DNA of 64,000 nt, taken from Synechococcales cyanobacterium VAR_4_metabat_354. GTDB lineage: Bacteria > Cyanobacteriota > Cyanobacteriia > Cyanobacteriales > Chamaesiphonaceae. Position 1 is the stretch's first letter. The number at the start of each line of letters is the position of its first letter. The notes beneath the pieces were generated by a model. It searched no databases. It was not told the DNA's origin and saw only the letters and a program-made list of their open reading frames with translations. The translations under genes were made by a program, and so were the position numbers. Shown here piece by piece: positions 54,256-64,000 of the stretch. The stretch is from contig JANOQI010000062.1 of NCBI GenBank assembly GCA_031414775.1, forward strand, positions 244,691-308,690, read 5' to 3'.

Positions 54256-55734
54256 CTAATATCGATCGATCTTCTTAAACTCCGGTTGACCCCGACCAGC
54301 CTCCCCGCAAGTACGCGGTGTCGGAATAATCTTTCCCGGATTCGCCAACTCCTTTGGATTAAACACCAGCCGCACCCACTGCATACTCTCCAAATCCGTC
54401 TCATTAAACATTTCTGACATATAACAACGCTTATCGGCCCCAATGCCATGCTCACCCGAAATACTGCCCCCCACCTGCACACAAAGCTTCAGGATTTCGC
54501 CGCCTAACTTTTCCACCTGCTCCAAAGCACCTTCATTAGCTTGGTTGTACAAAATCAGCGGATGTAAATTGCCATCGCCAGCATGAAATACATTGGCCAC
54601 ATAGTAACCATACTCCTCCCCCAACCGGGCAATCTCCTTCAATACATAAGGCAACTGGGTTCTGGGAATTACCCCATCTTGAACATAATAGTTGGGGCTA
54701 ATCTTGCCCATCGCCGCAAACGCTGCCTTGCGTCCCTTCCATAGCTTCAGGCGAGTTTCTAGATCACTGGCGCTGGTGACATCTCGCGCCCCATTATTAC
54801 GACAAATTTGCTCCACCAGCTTTTTATTGGTCTGAACTTCAATATCCAAGCCATCAATCTCCACCAACAAAATCGCTGCCGCATCGCGGGGATAACAACC
54901 AGTGGCTACCACATCTTCCACGGCGTTGATGCTGAAGTTATCCATCATTTCAATGCCACCGGGAATAATCCCAGAGCTAATAATGTCGGAAACCGCACTG
55001 CCCGCCGCTTCTACACTATCAAAATCGGCCAGCAACACACAGATCGATTCTGGAGTTTTCAAGATCTTGAGGGTGATTTCAGTCGCGACTCCCAGCGTCC
55101 CTTCCGAGCCTACAAACAAGCCAGTTAAGTCATAACCTGGCATTTCGCCAACTTCGCCGCCGGTATCTACGATCGATCCATCCGGCAATACTAATTTTAA
55201 GCCCAGTACATGATTGACAGTCACTCCGTATTTCAGGCAATGCACCCCGCCAGAATTTTCGGCGACATTGCCGCCCACTGAGCAAATAATCTGACTGGAA
55301 GGATCGGGCGCATAGTAAAAACCTGCGCCGCTCACGGCCTGAGTCACCCAGTTATTAATCACCCCCGGTTGTACCACCACCCGCTGATTTTCCAGATCGA
55401 TTTTGAGAATGGCATTCATCCGCGCCGTCCCGATCAGCAAACAATTTTCCACCGGCAAAGCCCCACCAGACAAACCAGTGCCTGCGCCTCTCGCCACCCA
55501 CGAAATATTCATTCGATCGCACTCTTTCACCACCGCCGCCACTTCTGCGGTAGTTTTGGGCAATACCACCAAGTGGGGACGCTCTCGGTAGCTGGTCAGA
55601 CCATCACACTCGTAAGTCAGCAGCTCCGATCGCTTTTGGATGACATGCCGTGCCCCCACGATCGCGCTCATGGTGATGGCAATGGCCGACCAGTTGATTT
55701 GATTAGTCTGTAGAGTCGGAGTGGCGACAGTCAT
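54256..55734 (-). CDS. glcD: Glycolate dehydrogenase FAD subunit
   Basis: RGAGTGLSGGA, APDPSSQ, HAGDGNLHP, GEHGIG. Confidence 0.9.
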   Translation of the reverse strand: MTVATPTLQTNQINWSAIAITMSAIVGARHVIQKRSELLTYECDGLTSYRERPHLVVLPKTTAEVAAVVKECDRMNISWVARGAGTGLSGGALPVENCLLIGTARMNAILKIDLENQRVVVQPGVINNWVTQAVSGAGFYYAPDPSSQIICSVGGNVAENSGGVHCLKYGVTVNHVLGLKLVLPDGSIVDTGGEVGEMPGYDLTGLFVGSEGTLGVATEITLKILKTPESICVLLADFDSVEAAGSAVSDIISSGIIPGGIEMMDNFSINAVEDVVATGCYPRDAAAILLVEIDGLDIEVQTNKKLVEQICRNNGARDVTSASDLETRLKLWKGRKAAFAAMGKISPNYYVQDGVIPRTQLPYVLKEIARLGEEYGYYVANVFHAGDGNLHPLILYNQANEGALEQVEKLGGEILKLCVQVGGSISGEHGIGADKRCYMSEMFNETDLESMQWVRLVFNPKELANPGKIIPTPRTCGEAGRGQPEFKKIDRY

Positions 55735-55783
55735 AAAAGAAAAACCGGGCAGTGGAGAGTCTTTTAATTCTAGATCAATAAAT

Positions 55784-57142
55784 CTAAATCAATAAACTCA
55801 TCACGGTTCTGTTACCACTCAGCTTGGCGATATCGGCCGCCGTGACACCGCCCTGATTCTTGAGAGATCGATCGGCTCCAGCTGCTAATAACAACTTGAC
55901 AATTTCAATCCGCCTTTGGTTCGCCGCCCACATCAGCGCGGTCGCCCCAGTTTTATCTTGATAATTCAAATCAACTTTAGCGGCAATCAGCAACTGTACC
56001 AGCTGCACATTGTCGCGTTTTACCGCCACCATGAGCAAAGACTGTTCATCATAAACCAAAATATTAGGGTTTACTCCAGCCTGGAGCAACAGCACCACCA
56101 CTGGATAGTGACTGGCCAGACCAGAGACGGTGAGGGCTTTGTCTCCCTGACGTTGGTAGCTTAAGTCTACATAAGTCAGTAATTCTTGAGTCGCCTCCAC
56201 GTGACCATGCAAAGCCGCCAATAGCAAGGGGGTATCCCCTAAAGCATTGCCCACATTGGGATTGGTACTCTTTAAAGCTGCCACCACGCTGCCATGCCCT
56301 TCGACAGCGGCCAGATGGAGAGCGGTATCACCTTCTTGGGTTTGATGGTCAACATTAGCTCCGGCGGCCACTAACAGCTGTACAATCGGGGCGTAGCCAG
56401 CTGCCGCTGCGGCCAAGAGCGGTGTCCAGCCTTCGGCATTGGGCAGATTGACCATTGCTCCCGCCTGTAACAAGATGGGAATGAGTTGTTGATATCCTTG
56501 CTCGGCCACTGTCAACAATGGGGTATTGCCATCAGCATCCGGAATATTAATTTCAGCGCCCGCTGCCAATAGCATTTCTAACAGCGCCACCTCGCCAGGG
56601 GCGGGGATTAGCATTACTGGTGTGCGGCCATCTTTACCCACCCGATTAACATCCGCTCCGGCTGGGAGCAGCTGCCTGACCACCAGTGACTTATTTTTCA
56701 AAATGGCAATATTAAGAGCCGTATCATCGGCTTTGTCGATCGCATTAACATCCGCCCCAGCCGCAATTAAATCAGCCACCATCTCGCTGTCACCGGCCAA
56801 AGCAGCAGCCATCAAAGCCGTGCTGCCATCAATGTTTACTGCCTGCACATTAGCACCAGCTGCCAATAACTTTTGGATGATCGATCGGTGTCCACTAGAG
56901 GCCGCTAGCATCAAAGCCGTCACCCCTAGTTTGCCCCGCCCCATATTCACATTAGCCCCGCGATCTATCAACATATCGACAATATCGGCCAACCCCTGCT
57001 TGGCGGCAAACATCAAAGCCGTCGTACCGTTTATGTCCTGACTATCTAGATCAATACCCGATTCGATCGCCACCATCACCCGACTAGCCTGCCCAAAGCG
57101 GACGGCCTCAATTAACTCTTGCTGAAGCTTATTAGTAACCAT
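55784..57142 (-). CDS. Ankyrin repeat protein
   Basis: About 12 G.T(A/P)L..A...G....V..L repeats. Confidence 0.92.
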   Translation of the reverse strand: MVTNKLQQELIEAVRFGQASRVMVAIESGIDLDSQDINGTTALMFAAKQGLADIVDMLIDRGANVNMGRGKLGVTALMLAASSGHRSIIQKLLAAGANVQAVNIDGSTALMAAALAGDSEMVADLIAAGADVNAIDKADDTALNIAILKNKSLVVRQLLPAGADVNRVGKDGRTPVMLIPAPGEVALLEMLLAAGAEINIPDADGNTPLLTVAEQGYQQLIPILLQAGAMVNLPNAEGWTPLLAAAAAGYAPIVQLLVAAGANVDHQTQEGDTALHLAAVEGHGSVVAALKSTNPNVGNALGDTPLLLAALHGHVEATQELLTYVDLSYQRQGDKALTVSGLASHYPVVVLLLQAGVNPNILVYDEQSLLMVAVKRDNVQLVQLLIAAKVDLNYQDKTGATALMWAANQRRIEIVKLLLAAGADRSLKNQGGVTAADIAKLSGNRTVMSLLI

Positions 57143-57222
57143 GCTGTTGCCAATCCATATGAGGAAAAGAGGAAAATATGCTAGTTTCTATAAAGAAATA
57201 TTAACTAATCGTTAGAGAGCCA

Positions 57223-57690
57223 ATGGATTTCTTTCCTGCCGAGGTCAAACCCTACCTCAACTTCATTCACCCACCATTGATGTGGATTTTATTTGGTTTA
57301 TGTTTGTATGCCATGTACTTGGGCCTTCAACTACGCCGCACCCGTTCTGCCGATGCAAAACTCAGAAAAGAATTGATCAAAGGTAAATATAACATTCGCC
57401 ATCACCAAATCGGCTCCATCATCTTGGCGTTGATGGTAGCTGGCTCCCTCGGAGGTATGACTGTCACTTACATCAATAATGGCAAGCTATTTGTAGGCCC
57501 ACATCTGTTAGCTGGCATGGGTATGACGGCGCTAATTGCCTTCTCTGCTGCCCTTACTCCTTACATGCAAAAGGGTAAGGAATGGGCGAGATACGGTCAC
57601 ATTACGATTAATGTTGGTATTGTTGGTCTCTTCGGTTGGCAAGCTTTTAGCGGCCTAGAGATTTTGCAGCGAATTATCAGCAAAATGTAG
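57223..57690 (+). CDS. DUF4079-like membrane protein
   Basis: FIHP..MW, HHQIGS, NNGKLFVGPHL. Confidence 0.75.
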   Translation: MDFFPAEVKPYLNFIHPPLMWILFGLCLYAMYLGLQLRRTRSADAKLRKELIKGKYNIRHHQIGSIILALMVAGSLGGMTVTYINNGKLFVGPHLLAGMGMTALIAFSAALTPYMQKGKEWARYGHITINVGIVGLFGWQAFSGLEILQRIISKM

Positions 57691-57805
57691 TCGGTGACTG
57701 ATGTCCAGGGATAGGCATAGTTATCGGGATCAAAAAAACAAACCATGTCTATCCCTGATCCCACTGATCCCATAGAAATTATGTGGAATTGATTTGTGTG
57801 AAGTT

Positions 57806-58669
57806 ATGTGGAAAGAAATTGCCGATCGAATTAGTCAGGCTAAAGGCAAACTCTTTCAGGTCAAAGAATCTCGATCGGTTGGTGGGGGCTGCATCAATGA
57901 TAGCTATGTAGTTGGGGATCAAGGCGATCGATATTTCGTTAAACTTAATCAGCCAAATCTACTAGAAATGTTTACGGCAGAAGCCGCTGGGCTAGAAGAA
58001 ATCAGCAAAACCAAAACAATTCTCGTTCCCCAACCAGTTTGTTCTGGCATAATTTCTAGTCATTCTTACCTAGTGCTGACTTATCTAGATTTAGGAAATA
58101 GTAATGCAGCCAACTGGTCACAGCTCGGTCAACAACTAGCTGCCTTACATCAGGCGGCTGCTCCAACGCAGTTTGGTTGGCATCGTCAGAACAATATCGG
58201 TTCCACGCCCCAGATCAATGAGGGGAGCGATGACTGGGCAAAGTTTTTTAGTGAACAGCGGTTGGGATATCAATTGCAACTAGCTGGCCATCGTAATTTC
58301 CCCCAAGGGCAACACCTACTGGAGGCACTACCCAAGCTGTTAAATCACCAACCTGCTGTTTCGCTGGTGCATGGCGATCTGTGGGGTGGCAATGCTGGTT
58401 TTACAACGAACGGTCAACCCGTAATTTTTGATCCAGCTACTTACTATGCCGATCGAGAAGTAGATTTGGCCATGACGGAGTTATTTAGTGGTTTTCCAGC
58501 CGCTTTTTATCAGGGCTATGAAGCTGTTTATCCCTTGGCAGCGGGCTACCAGCAACGGCAGGTGATCTACAACCTCTACCATCTTTTAAATCACTACAAT
58601 CTTTTTGGCGGCAGTTATCTCAATCAAGCTAATAGTTCGATCGCTAAGATTCTGAGCTGGGTGGCTTAG
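57806..58669 (+). CDS. Fructosamine kinase family protein
   Basis: GGGCIN, FVKLN, HGDLWGGN, FDPA.YY.DREVDLAM. Confidence 0.9.
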   Translation: MWKEIADRISQAKGKLFQVKESRSVGGGCINDSYVVGDQGDRYFVKLNQPNLLEMFTAEAAGLEEISKTKTILVPQPVCSGIISSHSYLVLTYLDLGNSNAANWSQLGQQLAALHQAAAPTQFGWHRQNNIGSTPQINEGSDDWAKFFSEQRLGYQLQLAGHRNFPQGQHLLEALPKLLNHQPAVSLVHGDLWGGNAGFTTNGQPVIFDPATYYADREVDLAMTELFSGFPAAFYQGYEAVYPLAAGYQQRQVIYNLYHLLNHYNLFGGSYLNQANSSIAKILSWVA

Positions 58670-59495
58670 GTTTTGATTTAGCCAGGGTTTGATGAGCCAG
58701 ATCAACAACTTCTCTGATTTTTTTCAAGGTTGGAGAAATTTCGAGACTTTCCATATTCAGCCACAGCAGATATTCAATATTGCCAGCTGGACCCGTGAGA
58801 GGCGAGAAAGTTAAGCCCTGATATTGCCAGCCCAGGCTTTGTGCTGCGGAGAGGACTTGTTCGATCGCCCCCGCCTGCGCTAACGGATCGCGCACGACAC
58901 CTTTTTTGCCGATCGCTTCCCGACCGACTTCAAACTGGGGCTTTACTAGTAACACTATTTCGCGCGGCGCAATCAGTAACTCCCATAAAGCTGGTAGAAC
59001 CTTATCCAAAGAAATAAACGAGACATCGACTACGCCTAAATCGGGGCGGACGGCATCGGCGGCATATAAATCAGCAGGAGTGAGATGGCGCAAATTAACT
59101 CGTTCGCGCAGTACCAGCCGCTCGTCGGTGCGAATCTTCCAATCTACTTGGCCGTAACCCACATCAATGCCATAAACTTGCTTGGCTCCGGCTTGGAATA
59201 AGCAATCGGTAAAGCCACCGGTGGAAATGCCGCCATCTAGGCAGATGCGACCTGTCGCCGATATGCCAAATTCGGTAAGTGCCTTGATTAATTTCTCACC
59301 GCCGCGCGAGACATAAGGTGGTCGGTATTGCAGTTCAATCAATGCATCTAGGGCAACTTCGGTGCCAACTTTATCGATCACCTGATGATTGACCTGTACT
59401 TCCCCCGCTTGAATAAGTCGCTGTGCTAGTTGCCGAGAGGGACAGAGATTGAGTTCTACCAACAGTTTATCTAGGCGTTGCTTTTTCACGGGCAC
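58644..59495 (-). CDS. tlyA: TlyA family RNA methyltransferase
   Basis: S4 domain RLD, YVSRGGEKL, STGGFTD, DVSFIS, KPQFE. Confidence 0.93.
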   Translation of the reverse strand: MPVKKQRLDKLLVELNLCPSRQLAQRLIQAGEVQVNHQVIDKVGTEVALDALIELQYRPPYVSRGGEKLIKALTEFGISATGRICLDGGISTGGFTDCLFQAGAKQVYGIDVGYGQVDWKIRTDERLVLRERVNLRHLTPADLYAADAVRPDLGVVDVSFISLDKVLPALWELLIAPREIVLLVKPQFEVGREAIGKKGVVRDPLAQAGAIEQVLSAAQSLGWQYQGLTFSPLTGPAGNIEYLLWLNMESLEISPTLKKIREVVDLAHQTLAKSKPKPPSSES

Positions 59496-59563
59496 TAAAA
59501 ATTTTGAGTTAAAATAACGGCATATCCGCTGTTCTTGATCTCTAGCTTATATGAGGCGCGGCC

Positions 59564-59812
59564 ATGTGTATTTGTATTAACTGTGAATATGTCGATCGAT
59601 GTTCCACTTACCATGCGGTGGAAGGGCAGCATGAGCAGGCACATTTGACAGAAAACCCTGATTTTGAAGCGAATGAACCCAGTATCAATGTCAATATTCG
59701 GCCAGTGTCTGATTATGTAGAGATGGAATGGGATGTGGTGGGGTGTTTGAGTTTTAAGCAGGATCAGGGGAGATGGGCGCGGCTAAAACCGGGTGAACTT
59801 ATTCCAACTTGA
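59564..59812 (+). CDS. ycf34: Ycf34 family protein
   Basis: MCICINC.YVDRC.TYHAVE.QH...EWDVVGC. Confidence 0.9.
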   Translation: MCICINCEYVDRCSTYHAVEGQHEQAHLTENPDFEANEPSINVNIRPVSDYVEMEWDVVGCLSFKQDQGRWARLKPGELIPT

Positions 59813-59854
59813 GTGATTGCTATATTGGAACGACTTGGTGTTGTAGAAAAATAT

Positions 59855-60286
59855 ATCTGAATGGAGCCGGAAATAGTACCACGATTAAGCTGCTTCTAGG
59901 TCTATCACAACCTTCCAGTGGCGTAGGCACAATTTTTGGTAAAAACATCGTCAATGACAGTCTTGCAATTCGGGAGCGCGTCGGATTTCTAGCTCAATCG
60001 TATAGCTTTTATGGCCACTTAACTGCTCGTGAGACTCTCCAGTTTGCTGCTTACGCAGTTTGCATTGTGCTGCTGGTGATAGAGGCACCTAGTATCGACT
60101 CTGCAATCTAATTCCAATTTACGCTGGATTGAACCCTATAGTGTTTGGGCATTACAACACAATTCTCATGAAACAATGATTGGCCAGTTTCCGCTAGTTG
60201 CTTGGGTAGCAATGGTCAGCACAGTGATCTTGATTGTGTTGTTTCTGGCGATTTCAATTTGGCGGATGAAGCGATATGAATTTTGA
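59855..60286 (+). pseudogene. Deleted remnant of an ABC transporter ATPase plus permease
   Basis: LNGAGNSTTIKLLLGL (Walker A K to N) to TARETLQF, then breaks; ends in permease-like FLAISIWRMKRYEF*. Confidence 0.65.
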
Positions 60287-60356
60287 TAGGCTGAAATAGT
60301 GATTCTGTGTTTTACTCAGTCTTGCTGAGTTCTTCCATATTTTTAAAGCCGATAAC

Positions 60357-61595
60357 ATGTTCGCTACCATAAAACGCTTTATCAATCAGTTTTTCAGGAA
60401 ATCAAGATCTGTTAACAACAAGCCCCTCAACCCCCTCAGCCTGATTGTTGTTATTGCGATCGATCTCTTTATTTTATTCAATGTCTTTGCCGGGTTAGAG
60501 AATATTAGTCGGTGGCATATTAGTCCCGCTGAGGCTTATCCCTGTATCTCAGAGTGGAAGAGTTACCGCGATACCAAAAACCCCAATGACAAAGACTATC
60601 AGGCTCTTTCCTCAGTTTTAAATAGAGATTCTAACCAGTTTCATCTTCAACAAGATTATCCAAATACGGAAAAAGATCGGATCGGGCAGGTTGCTCCCAT
60701 TTGCTCGAACTACACTGAACTCAAAAATCAAGTTAACCTGCCAGTCAATCGCAAGATTCAACAGAGCATCAAGCAAAAACAAGGCAAGATTTCTAAATTA
60801 GAGCAAGACAATAGCAGCATTCGATCGCAATACGACTCCACCTTGCTCGAAAAGATTGCTGGCCAAGGTGCTAACCAGTCGATCAATACGATCAGTGCTG
60901 AAAAAGCAAAGCAGACCTTAGAACAGAACAAGACTACTATTTCTCAGCTAAAAACAGAAATTTCAGCTCTCAAAGATAATTTAATCAAGAAACCAGAAAG
61001 CATTGGCCTGATCAACTTAATCAAAGATGATGCCAAATATCAAACGCTGAATAAAGGTTATGAGCATTCATCTTTTTGGTATCCCAGTATTCAGTTGGGT
61101 TTCCAAGCTTTATTTCTGTTGCCACTAATTGCGATCGCACTATTCGTCCATCAATTTTCTCTGCGCAGAGGAGCCGGATTGATTGCCTTAATCAGCTGGC
61201 ATTTGCTGGTGATTTTCTTTATTCCACTGCTGCTCAAAATATTTGAATTTCTGCAAGTTGGGGCGCTCTTTCAATTCCTACTAAATATAGTTACTCGGCT
61301 CTTTGGTGGCTTATTATTTCTCGTCAACTATCTCTATATTTTGCTAATTCCGTTAGTTGGCTTCGGGATTATCAAAATCATACAAAGACTAACTCCTAGC
61401 CATAAATCTCTAGAAACTATCAGATTTCAAAACCAACTATGTTTGAGCTGTGCCAAGAAGATTCGCCCTCAAGACCCCCACTGTCCGCACTGTGGCTACA
61501 ATCAGTACATTGAATGTCAAAACTGTCACGAACTTACCTACAAACATTTATCTCACTGTAAGCAGTGTGGACATCAACAAAGCCCTATTTCATAA
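60357..61595 (+). CDS. Membrane protein with coiled coil and C-terminal double zinc ribbon
   Basis: TM segments; four CxxC motifs at the C-terminus. Confidence 0.75.
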   Translation: MFATIKRFINQFFRKSRSVNNKPLNPLSLIVVIAIDLFILFNVFAGLENISRWHISPAEAYPCISEWKSYRDTKNPNDKDYQALSSVLNRDSNQFHLQQDYPNTEKDRIGQVAPICSNYTELKNQVNLPVNRKIQQSIKQKQGKISKLEQDNSSIRSQYDSTLLEKIAGQGANQSINTISAEKAKQTLEQNKTTISQLKTEISALKDNLIKKPESIGLINLIKDDAKYQTLNKGYEHSSFWYPSIQLGFQALFLLPLIAIALFVHQFSLRRGAGLIALISWHLLVIFFIPLLLKIFEFLQVGALFQFLLNIVTRLFGGLLFLVNYLYILLIPLVGFGIIKIIQRLTPSHKSLETIRFQNQLCLSCAKKIRPQDPHCPHCGYNQYIECQNCHELTYKHLSHCKQCGHQQSPIS

Positions 61596-61748
61596 CTATT
61601 CATGGTTTTTGCAACAGTGGTCATAGGCTCCACCCGAAAATGTAGCGAATATCAAATAATAAGTTAAGAGTTAGGTCAGGCATAGCTCTTAACTTATTGC
61701 TTATAACTCAGGGAATTATATAGCAATCAATTATTTCAAGATCGAGCT

Positions 61749-61973
61749 GTGAATGTGACAACAGTGATAAATAAAAGAAAGTTGCCGATCAAGGTTTATT
61801 GGCTAAATTATCAAGGTAAGCGTCAATATTATTTTGATTTAGAGGCTGGAAAAAAGCGCAATCAAAAAACTTTTGTCAGCCATCCATGGCTTATTACGGA
61901 TGAGCAAGGCAATCAACATTGCTTAGGAATATTTTTTCCAACCAGTAAGTTAGGACTTGCAATATTAGAGTAG
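61749..61973 (+). CDS. VHL beta-domain-like protein (possibly truncated)
   Basis: IKVYWLNYQG.RQ.Y..L..G....Q.TFVSHPWLI. Confidence 0.6.
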   Translation: MNVTTVINKRKLPIKVYWLNYQGKRQYYFDLEAGKKRNQKTFVSHPWLITDEQGNQHCLGIFFPTSKLGLAILE

Positions 61974-62038
61974 TGATGAATTATAGTGGTAAAAGAAATA
62001 CCAGACAACACTAGCACTTGTTTGCCGAAAGACCGAAA

Positions 62039-62818
62039 TTATACATAGCGAGTGAGATTAATCCGGTACCGCTCTTTTTTAGTCACGGCTATTTCGCCGA
62101 TCTCTAATCTCCCCTTGCCCCGCACTGCGATCATATCGCCTGCTTTCAGTTGATGAGCTGGTTGGGTAATATCCTTCCAGTTCACCCGCACATCGCCACT
62201 CGATACAAAGTCCACCATTTTGCTGCGCGACATCCCAAAACCAGCCGAAGCGATCGCATCCAACCGCAATGAAGCTTCGGTGGTGGTTATTTCTTTCTTT
62301 TTTGGTTCTCTAATTCGTAGCTCACTTAGTTCGATCGGCTGGATACTGACAGGAACTGATCGCACTTGAGTTAAAGCTGCCTGTAAATAGTCCAGTAACT
62401 CCGGCACAATAATAGCCTGAGCGCCTTGCTCACCTAATACAATTATATCACCAGTTTTCTCGCGGACAATGCCACAACCCAACATAGCACCTAGAAAGTC
62501 GCGATGGGTAGCGGAGTCAAACAAAAAATTTCCGGCAATCTTAATGGCCATCAAGGGTACACCGGTTTCGTCTAGAGGAAGTTCCGATCGGCAAATGCCC
62601 ACCCGTTGCCGTTCGGCTTGCGGATAACCGCCAGCCGCAAAAAGCTGTACTTCAGTCAGGCGGCTAAACAGGGTTTGTACTTCCATTAGTTCTGGTGGTG
62701 AGAGAAAATCGCTCACCACCATTTCCCAGTTTTTAATGGCTTGTTCGGCTAGGTCAATGACTCGCGCTACAGTTTCACGGTTTTCAACAGATTTGAGGAG
62801 GTCTTCGCGAGGCAGCAT
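62039..62818 (-). CDS. Photosystem II S4-domain (YlmH-like) protein
   Basis: MLPREDLL, DFLSPPE, GGYPQAER, HRDFLGA, SLRLDAIAS. Confidence 0.9.
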   Translation of the reverse strand: MLPREDLLKSVENRETVARVIDLAEQAIKNWEMVVSDFLSPPELMEVQTLFSRLTEVQLFAAGGYPQAERQRVGICRSELPLDETGVPLMAIKIAGNFLFDSATHRDFLGAMLGCGIVREKTGDIIVLGEQGAQAIIVPELLDYLQAALTQVRSVPVSIQPIELSELRIREPKKKEITTTEASLRLDAIASAGFGMSRSKMVDFVSSGDVRVNWKDITQPAHQLKAGDMIAVRGKGRLEIGEIAVTKKERYRINLTRYV

Positions 62819-63002
62819 ATAGAAACTAATGAACTATGGAATCTTATTTTAACGTGAGTTCGGGTTAAGAAGAAGCCAGTAAACCGTTTCGACAACAGCT
62901 CGTTTACGGGGTAAATATCAACCGCTAATAGGAAATGTACTATTACTAATGGCAGTGCGCGGGGATATGAGAGAAGGTTTGAGATTACTAGATAAACTTG
63001 AT

Positions 63003-63862
63003 TAGACCTGTCCGAAAATTTGCAGCCCATGCAGTGACTGGAGTTGAGGGTATTTTGAATCCCACTCACGTCAGCCCAGCCTAACGCTAAATCAGAGTTA
63101 GAGATGTATAGTTGTTGACTATTCTCTATAAAATAGAGCTTTCTAATTCATGGCACACCTGAAAATTAACTCTGTGTTGAAACAGACAAATCAATCATTC
63201 CTAATCGCAGCCTAACCAACCCACAAACGACTAAAATTATTTGTTCATAGGTGCTAGGATGAAGACGGAATCGCTCTTTTGCAACTCGGAAAATTCGCAG
63301 CAATCGAATCACATGTTCAACAAAGATACGGCGAGTACTAGAGAATTCTTTATTTTCTACCTTTTGTTGCTCAGTCAATTCTCCTCCTCGGGGCTTTTTA
63401 TGAGGTGTTTGAACATTTTCTGCGCCGATGTATCCTTTATCTCCAGCAAATCCTTGTCCAGTAGCAAACTTCGACTCTTGAGTACGAAATAGAGAAATGT
63501 CGCTAGTTGGCCCTTTCACTCCTGCTATTACATCAACAATATCTTTGCCCTCTGGTAAGGTCACAATTTGAGATTTGTAGGTGTGCTGTTTCTTTTTGCC
63601 GGAGTAGTAGCTGCGCTGTTCTTCATTATCTTCAGGTCTTTCTCTGGCTTGTTCCAGGCTGTCCACAATTAGCTCAAATTCTGACAACCATTCTTGCACA
63701 ATCGCAAAATCACTGTTGTTTGATTCTTTCTCTTCTATCAAACTGGCAGGTAGTAATACGCGCAATAGTTTTAGCCAATAATGGACTGTATCATTGGCCT
63801 CAGTTTTTGAGATATCAAACTGAAGCCCTAATATTTCAAAAGTGGGATAGTGTCTTAAGCAA
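63003..63862 (-). mobile_element. IS5-family (ISL2-like) element with 5'-truncated transposase (CDS remnant 63166 to about 63862)
   Basis: LRHYPTFEILGLQF HTH, IVDSLEQ.RERP, YYSGKKK.H, GDKGY, RIFVEH; candidate terminal repeat TAGACCTGTCCGAAAA at 63003. Confidence 0.8.
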
Positions 63863-64000
63863 TAGTCCGGACAGATTTACAACGACAATGTGCCAAATAT
63901 CGACGAAAAGCGATTCATCGCGTAAGGTACAAGTATCAACAAAGCACCAGAAGAATCGCCGTATGAACGATATTATACAGACCCTCCTTGCAAAAGCGGG

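Overview
Cyanobacterial chromosomal window (apcE, ycf34, glnN with an NtcA box, PSII S4-domain protein, abundant CGATCG-core palindromes). Housekeeping genes (argH, accD, glnN, acs, sat, rpiA, ispF, rnhB, glcD, tlyA) alternate with three accessory blocks. (1) 4.7-11.8 kb: a vanadium haloperoxidase and four protease-related genes (HAD-M28 fusion, protealysin-like M4, a second gluzincin, an emfourin-like inhibitor). (2) 24-38 kb: a RiPP locus with an HTH regulator, C39-peptidase ABC exporter, HlyD, PPIase and five double-glycine precursors with 35-aa leaders. Its LanM has lost most dehydratase catalytic residues but keeps the cyclase ligands, and is in tandem with a stand-alone kinase and a HopA1-type lyase, which suggests a class II/class V hybrid lanthipeptide machine. 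(3) 42-44 kb: an ATPase/STAS/PIN triad with a nonsense codon. A 17-bp promoter element (ACTTTTTCTYACTGACA) is shared by blocks 1 and 2 and hints at one regulon. The window also has two toxin-antitoxin pairs, two MITE-like elements and a truncated IS5-family transposase. I found no rRNA, tRNA or CRISPR array. All calls come from reading motifs by eye; no database searches were run.
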